Below, one piece after another: positions 58,221-64,000 of a DNA stretch of 64,000 nt. A model generated the notes under the pieces. That model searched no databases, had not been told where the DNA came from, and worked only from the letters and a program-made list of their open reading frames with translations. The stretch is taken from positions 50,909,741 to 50,973,740 of the forward strand of contig CM041465.1 in the NCBI GenBank assembly GCA_023213395.1, read 5' to 3'. Source of the stretch: Cycas panzhihuaensis. Lineage: Eukaryota; Plantae; Cycadophyta. The position numbers were made by a program, and so were the translations under genes. The number at the start of each line of letters is the position of its first letter. Within the stretch, counting starts at the first letter, position 1.

Positions 58221-58660
58221 TAATATTAGAGCCTTATAAGGCAATTATGGGGAAGTGTGACCTATAAAATAGCTAGATAAGATTGAAGCATACCTTGAAA
58301 TCAAACCTTAAGTATTAGAAAGATAATTCAGTCAAATTACTAAGTTATATTTAGATGGTAAGAGTCGTGAGTGGGCCTTAAATATACTTTTTGATACAAA
58401 TTCATGGAAAAGCTTTCCTCATAGCCTTTGATGAAAGGATTAGTAGTTGGAAATTTGAACACTAGACAAATTATATTGATGATAATTTTATAAGTTTCAA
58501 AGAAAAGTTTTAAGTCAAAGATAGGGGAAAAAACCAACAAGAAACATTAGTGAAATTAATAGATAAACTTTAAAAAATAAAGGATTGAGAGTAAGAAGAG
58601 CCCACTAATGTAGAAGAACTAGCACAAATAGTTGAACAAGATGAAGATGAACTATATCAT
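58221..58660 (+). pseudogene. gag: Degenerate PBS + Ty3/gypsy gag remnant
   Basis: TAATATTAGAGCC (decayed TGGTATCAGAGCC) followed by LDKIEAYLEIKP...VKL...YLDGKSREW...EEPTNVEELAQIVEQ. Confidence 0.55.
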
Positions 58661-59721
58661 ATATAGAGGCATGACAATGGGAAGGATGAACACATGGATA
58701 AGCAAAGAAGAGAGGAATCAATTGAGATGTAAGGATCAAGCAAGAGAGAATCCAACATAAAGCAACCTCTAGAAGAATCTAAGTAACAAATAAATCCTAA
58801 TAAGGTACATGGTAAGAATTTAAATCTTATTTTACATTGTTCCATTTCTTATTATAGTTCTTCTTAAATCTCCATTTTATATGGTTATAGAAAATTCAAC
58901 ACCCCCTACTTACCAAGAATCCATGGTTGATATACATCCTTCTTAGCAAAAAGATAAGCCTAATTCCTCCACTAATACCTAACTCCCTTTATCTTCTAAA
59001 TTAACTAAATCCAATCCTATTCACCATGGCCTATTTTCTTCTTTTCCTTTTTCTCCTATCCCTTAATTTTCATAAGCCATATAATTATTTCCCTCATCCA
59101 TATGCTACCCCTTTATATATATTACTTTATTACCTTACTTCTAACCCAAATTATATTTACCCTCTCACCCCTATTCCCCCACTAATCTTCTATGTACTTG
59201 GTTCCCTAATCTCATTCTAAATATATATCATCCTTATCCCTTGCTTCCTTCCTTTAAATTATCACTTCTTGAATATCCCTCTCATAGGCTTCCACTCTCT
59301 AATTTGCTTTATTATCCTTCTCCCCCATTATTATTACTTAATTTTCTATTTTTTATATTCCTCCCTATCCTTATTCTTGACTATATTAACCAACTTTTAT
59401 ACCCCTTATCTCTCTTTTTTTTTCTTATAAAATCTCAATACCTCTTATTATTTAATTCCCTATAAAGGTTACCCTACCATCCTTACTTTTTATCTCCCTC
59501 CTATGCTTTTTTAGAACCTCTCATTACATACCCTCTTATTCCTTTTTTTCTTTGTCTAATTCATTAAGATAAGTTGCTTTCCCCTATAGAATAATCTAAT
59601 GGAGTCTAAGCCCTATTTCATACCCTTCTTCAATTGACCTTATATGTAGGTTACTCCCAATCTCTCATATAGCCCACATGGCCCTTACCTTGAATACCCA
59701 TTCTCAAAATCATCATATTTT

Positions 59722-59884
59722 TCCTTAGAGCCAAGGGTGATTTTGTTATAATATTTCTATTGTAATTCAAAATCTTTATTTCTATTTTAGTTTTGGGTTT
59801 GTGATAAACTTAAAATTAAAAATAGAAAGATTTTTTTTTAATTATAATAGAAAATTATAACAAAAACATCATTAGCCCCAAGGG
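59722..59884. repeat. ~160-bp imperfect inverted repeat (fold-back / MITE-like)
   Basis: The left arm CCTTAGAGCCAAGGGTGATTTTGTTATAATATTTCTATTGTAATT...TTTTGGGTTTG aligns with the reverse complement of the right arm, CCTTGGGGCTAATGATGTTTTTGTTATAATTTTCTATTATAATT...TTTTAAGTTTA. The loop is only a few nt. Confidence 0.88.
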
Positions 59885-60288
59885 TGCCTAAAGGAATAAA
59901 TTTAAAATCAAAATAACCTCCTTATTATAAAGGTTAATGAATAAGCCTTTATATAATATCCTACTTTGATTTTTTAAATCATTTTTAATTCTATTTCAAG
60001 TTGGTATCTTTTTGGGGTTGCAAGAATTTCTAATTCCATTTAAAGTTGATATGTTTCTTAAGATGTGGGAATACAACATAATTGAATATTGTATTCACTA
60101 ATTATACTAAGTAAATAGTTAGATCTTTAATTCCATAATATTACATATGTAAGAATGCATTATTTGTAGATATAGAAAAGTAATGGATTTGTTGTAGTTA
60201 TTATTATGGTTGATATCAAATTAGATTCCTTTAATTTTTCTTTCCTTAGGATCTTGAAATTGATCTTAACCTTAATAGTAACCAAGGG

Positions 60289-63200
60289 TGTAGCACTCCA
60301 AAATATAGTCAAAGGTATAGTATATAAGAATTCAAATGAAAGGCCTCTAAACAATGGTTCCAATGGTTCAGACGAAAGTTAATTCTGACATCCCTATCAA
60401 AAGTTATGAACATTTAAAGTATGCCTGCCAATTTTTTGTGGCCAACTTCTCATGATTATGTTGGGCACACTCTTCCATGCTCTGGCCGACTTTATTTTGT
60501 CCCAGTTTGTGTGCCTATATATAGGGACTTTAAGATCATTCGAAATTATCCATTTTGTTAAGCTTTTTCCTCCTCATTTTTGTCCTTAAGGCAAGTGCAG
60601 ATTTTTGGCCTTAGGGCTGCAAATTCTAGGAGGATCCCCACCTCGAAGGGTTTGTTGATTGTTATAGGCAGTATAGGTACTTTGTTGGAACTCTACTTAT
60701 ATTTTGTACATTTTGGGTATTGTATTTTATATTTAACCTATATTTGGAGATATAATTTTAGATCAAAAGGTGTTTGCCATTTGTAAATTCACTCTATTTG
60801 GTTTAAGTATTTGTGGACTTTTCTCTATTATTGTTCTGTTTCTATGAATTCGCCCTACTCTACTATATTTTCTGTCCAATTGGCTAAAGGACTCACTACA
60901 AGTGGTATCAGAGCTTCATTCTGAAGCGGGAAATTTTCACAAGGAGAAGGAAATTTTGACCCACCCTAGCAATTTAGAAAGAACCAAGACAGAATTAAGA
61001 TCTAGAAAAATCAGCCCATAAAATAAAATGTTGAGGTCTCACAACTCAAAAGAACAAGCAGCTGAAACCTTAACAGCAGCCATGGAGGAACTTTCACAAC
61101 AAATTAGGAAAATAAATGGAAGATTGGATAAACAAGAGATAGCTCAGCCAAAAATAGAACAGGATTTAGATCAAGAGAAAGACCAGGGGAACCCAGAAGG
61201 TAGGTTTAAGGAAGGAATTATTTTTCAGCGAAGAAATGTAAATCAAGGAGGACCAAAGATCGCATTAGAAAATTTTGATCTAGAAAAAACACAGGACATA
61301 AGAGCATGGCTACTTCAAATGGAAACATATTTCATAGTAAACAAAACACCAAGCATAGATATGGTGCCCATTGCCTCCTTACATCTCTATGGACCAGCCT
61401 TGAATTGGTACTATTGGTGGAAAAAGATGCAAGGACCTCAGCAAGAGGAATAGAGAAATTTTAGTATAGCCATCATCAACCAATATGAAGACTCTTATTC
61501 TATGAATTACTTTGCATAGTTGACAAGACTATAGGAGACATGATCAGTTCACGAATATACAGAATAATTTCAGATGTTAGAATGTATGGTTATATCAAAC
61601 ATTCCTCAGGAATGTCTAAGGGAGATATATATAAGTGGGCTTAAGGTCCCCATCAGATTATGGGTATTAGCACAGCAACACAGAGCATTAGAAGAGATCA
61701 TAAACCACGCTCGATGTGTTGAAGCTAAACTTAAAGAAACTAGACCTACCTTTGTGCATAGAACAGATTTTGCTCCACCATCTAACATGAACTAGCATAG
61801 GTCAGGAGTTAAATCAGATGCTCTGCTTGCAATCAAGAATACAACGGAAAACTCCATGTGACAAGAACACGTACAGAAAGGTCTTGTTTCAAATGTAGAG
61901 GGAAATAAAATTGAGAGCACCAATGCTCGGGAAAGAAGGTATTTATGTTGCATAATGAAGAATTGGAGATACCTGAACAAACAGAAGAAGATACATCCCC
62001 GGATCAAGAAGATAACAATGAATAGGTTGAAGTTGAACTAGATGAACTACTAGAAATCGATACAGAAAATGTTCAAATATCTCTACAGGCCATAACAGGT
62101 CAAAGCACGGCACCTCAAACACTACGATTTGAAGGGATGTTGAAAAGAGGCCCAATAGTGGTGTTGGTGGATAGTGGGAGCACGCATAATTTTATCAACA
62201 GACCAATAACCCAAAAGTTGGGAATCAAGGTGGAACCATTAAAAAACCTTACAGGTCTCAATTGCTAATAGGAAGATAGCACCTTACGAAGGATTCTACA
62301 GAAATATCATCCTAAAAATTGGTGAGTACCCATTGACCTCCAATATATTTGCGATGCAGATAGGAGGCGTTGATATAGTCCTAGGGGTATAATGGTTACA
62401 AACCTTAGTAAATATAGTCACCAACTACATGACCAGAGTCATGTGCTTCTAAATAAACAACACAAAATACAAACTACGGGGACCTAAATATCCACCGATA
62501 CAATTAGTGTCATCTCACAGAATGGAAAGAATCATGCAGAAGAAAGCACCCACATACATAGTATCATGCCATAAGATAGAAATCCAAGAAATTCCAACAA
62601 AAATACAGTACATCTTAGACGAATATAAATAAGTATTCAAAGAACTAAAAGGATTCCCTCTAGCAAGAGAAATTCAACATGCGATTGATTTAATCCCAGG
62701 AGCAGCATTGGTGAACATAATGTCGTACAGGCATCCATACCACATGAGGAAAGAGATTGAGAACATAACTAGAGAATTACTTACACATGGCCATATTCAG
62801 ACTAGCATAAGCCCGTTTGCATCCCCAGTGGTTGTTAGCCCTAAGAAAGATGGCACAATCAGGATGTGCATAGATTACAGGGGATTAAACAAGTTAACTA
62901 TAAAAAATAGATATCCTATCCCCAGGATCGATGACCTACTAGACGAAATACATGGAGAAAAATACTTCTCCAAGATAGACCTCTGATCGGGCTACCATCA
63001 AATTCTAGTAAAATAGAGGGACGTCCACAAGACAACATTCAGAACTCATGAGGGACTGTTCGAATTCAAAGTGGTGCCATTCGGTCTAACCAACACTCCA
63101 ACAACATTCTAGGCCACTATGAATTCCACATTTAAGGAATGTTTAAGGAAATTCGTACTAATCTTTTTCGATGATATCCTCATTTATAGCAAAACATGGA

Positions 63201-64000
63201 GAGAACATTTGGAACATCTGAGATTAGTCCTAGAAATTTTAGTAAAAGGTTTATTCTTTGTAAATAAGAAAAAATGATCTTTTGGCCAACAGGAACTCGA
63301 ATACCTCAGTCATATCATTACTCCAAATGGAATCAAGGTTGACCCTAAGAAGGTCCAAGCAATAATAGAATGGCTAGCACCAAAGAATGTCACAGGAGTT
63401 CGTAGCTTCCTAGGAGCAGCTGGATACCTTAGGAAATTCATAAGAGGATATGCTAACATAGCAGCTCCACTTATGGATCTAACAAAAAAGAATGCTTTCA
63501 CATGGAACGAAATGACTAACAAGGCCTTTGAAGAACTAAAAAGCGCAATGGTAAGAGCCCCAGTTTTAGTAGTGCCAGACTTCTCAAAACCTTTAATCTT
63601 GGAATGCGATGCTTCAAGGTTTGGAATAGGAGTTGTCCTATTACAAGACGAAAGACCAATAGTATACAAAAGCAGGAAATTGAATAATAGAGAAAAGTTA
63701 AAGCCCATCTATGATAAGGAGATGCTGACCATAATGCACATGATCAACTAGTGGAGATAGTATTTACTAGGCAGCTCCTTCCAGGTATGAACAAACCACG
63801 ACAGTCTCAAATACTTCTTAAATTAGAAGACATTATCAGACGAACAATAAAAGTGGGTGAGCAAATTACAAACATTTAATTTCTCCATTGTGTACAAAAA
63901 GGGAAAAGACAATATCATAGCAAACGCCCTCTTAAGAATTCCAAAAGAAACTCATGAGAAACTAGCACTACATACAATATCAGTGGCTACTCCAACCTAG
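60289..64000 (+). mobile_element. Ty3/gypsy (chromovirus-like) retrotransposon, 5' part, runs off the window
   Basis: LTR TGTAG...CTACA 60289-60900; perfect PBS TGGTATCAGAGC 60903-60914; gag-PR-RT-RH domain order. Confidence 0.93.
61028..64000 (+). pseudogene. gag-pol: Gypsy gag-pol pseudogene with many nonsense mutations
   Basis: Gag WLLQMETYF...HLYGPALNWY; protease LVDSGSTHNFI (~62165); [11 protein letters not shown]...[38 protein letters not shown]; RNase H ECDASRFGIGVVL, YDKEML. Confidence 0.95.

Noticed and set aside
63310-63708. 132-aa minus-strand ORF
   Set aside because: Antisense shadow of the gypsy RT/RNase H frame.

Overview
This is AT-rich, CpG/CHG-depleted land-plant nuclear DNA (gymnosperm-like by inference) with no intact host gene. 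Almost the whole window is decayed, deeply nested retroelements. Positions 1664-28287 are one nested cluster. LTR element E1 contains E2. E2 contains E3 (in its LTR), E4 (carrying a 5'-truncated LINE and captured host mRNA fragments, including CFIm25) and E5 (with copia E6 in its LTR). The cluster is followed by E7, a broken copia (E9) with an inserted remnant (E11), a degenerate near-full-length L1-type LINE, and a gypsy gag split by E8 (which contains E10 and a 1.15-kb TA array). The window ends with a 160-bp fold-back and a younger chromovirus-like gypsy running off the edge. Most boundaries are fixed by LTR pairs, tRNA-iMet PBS, PPT and 5-bp TSDs read directly from the sequence. The most unusual signals are: (1) LTRs that have grown by tandem 'U5-end + PBS' units (9+5 PBS copies in E4, one extra in each LTR of E2 and E8); (2) a stem-loop enclosing the PPT/U3 junction in all nine copia-type elements whose PPT is visible; (3) a three-member gag-only family with a short, knuckle-less Gag at the 3' end behind a multi-kb cargo-carrying leader. 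All alignments were done by eye, so approximate coordinates are flagged as such.
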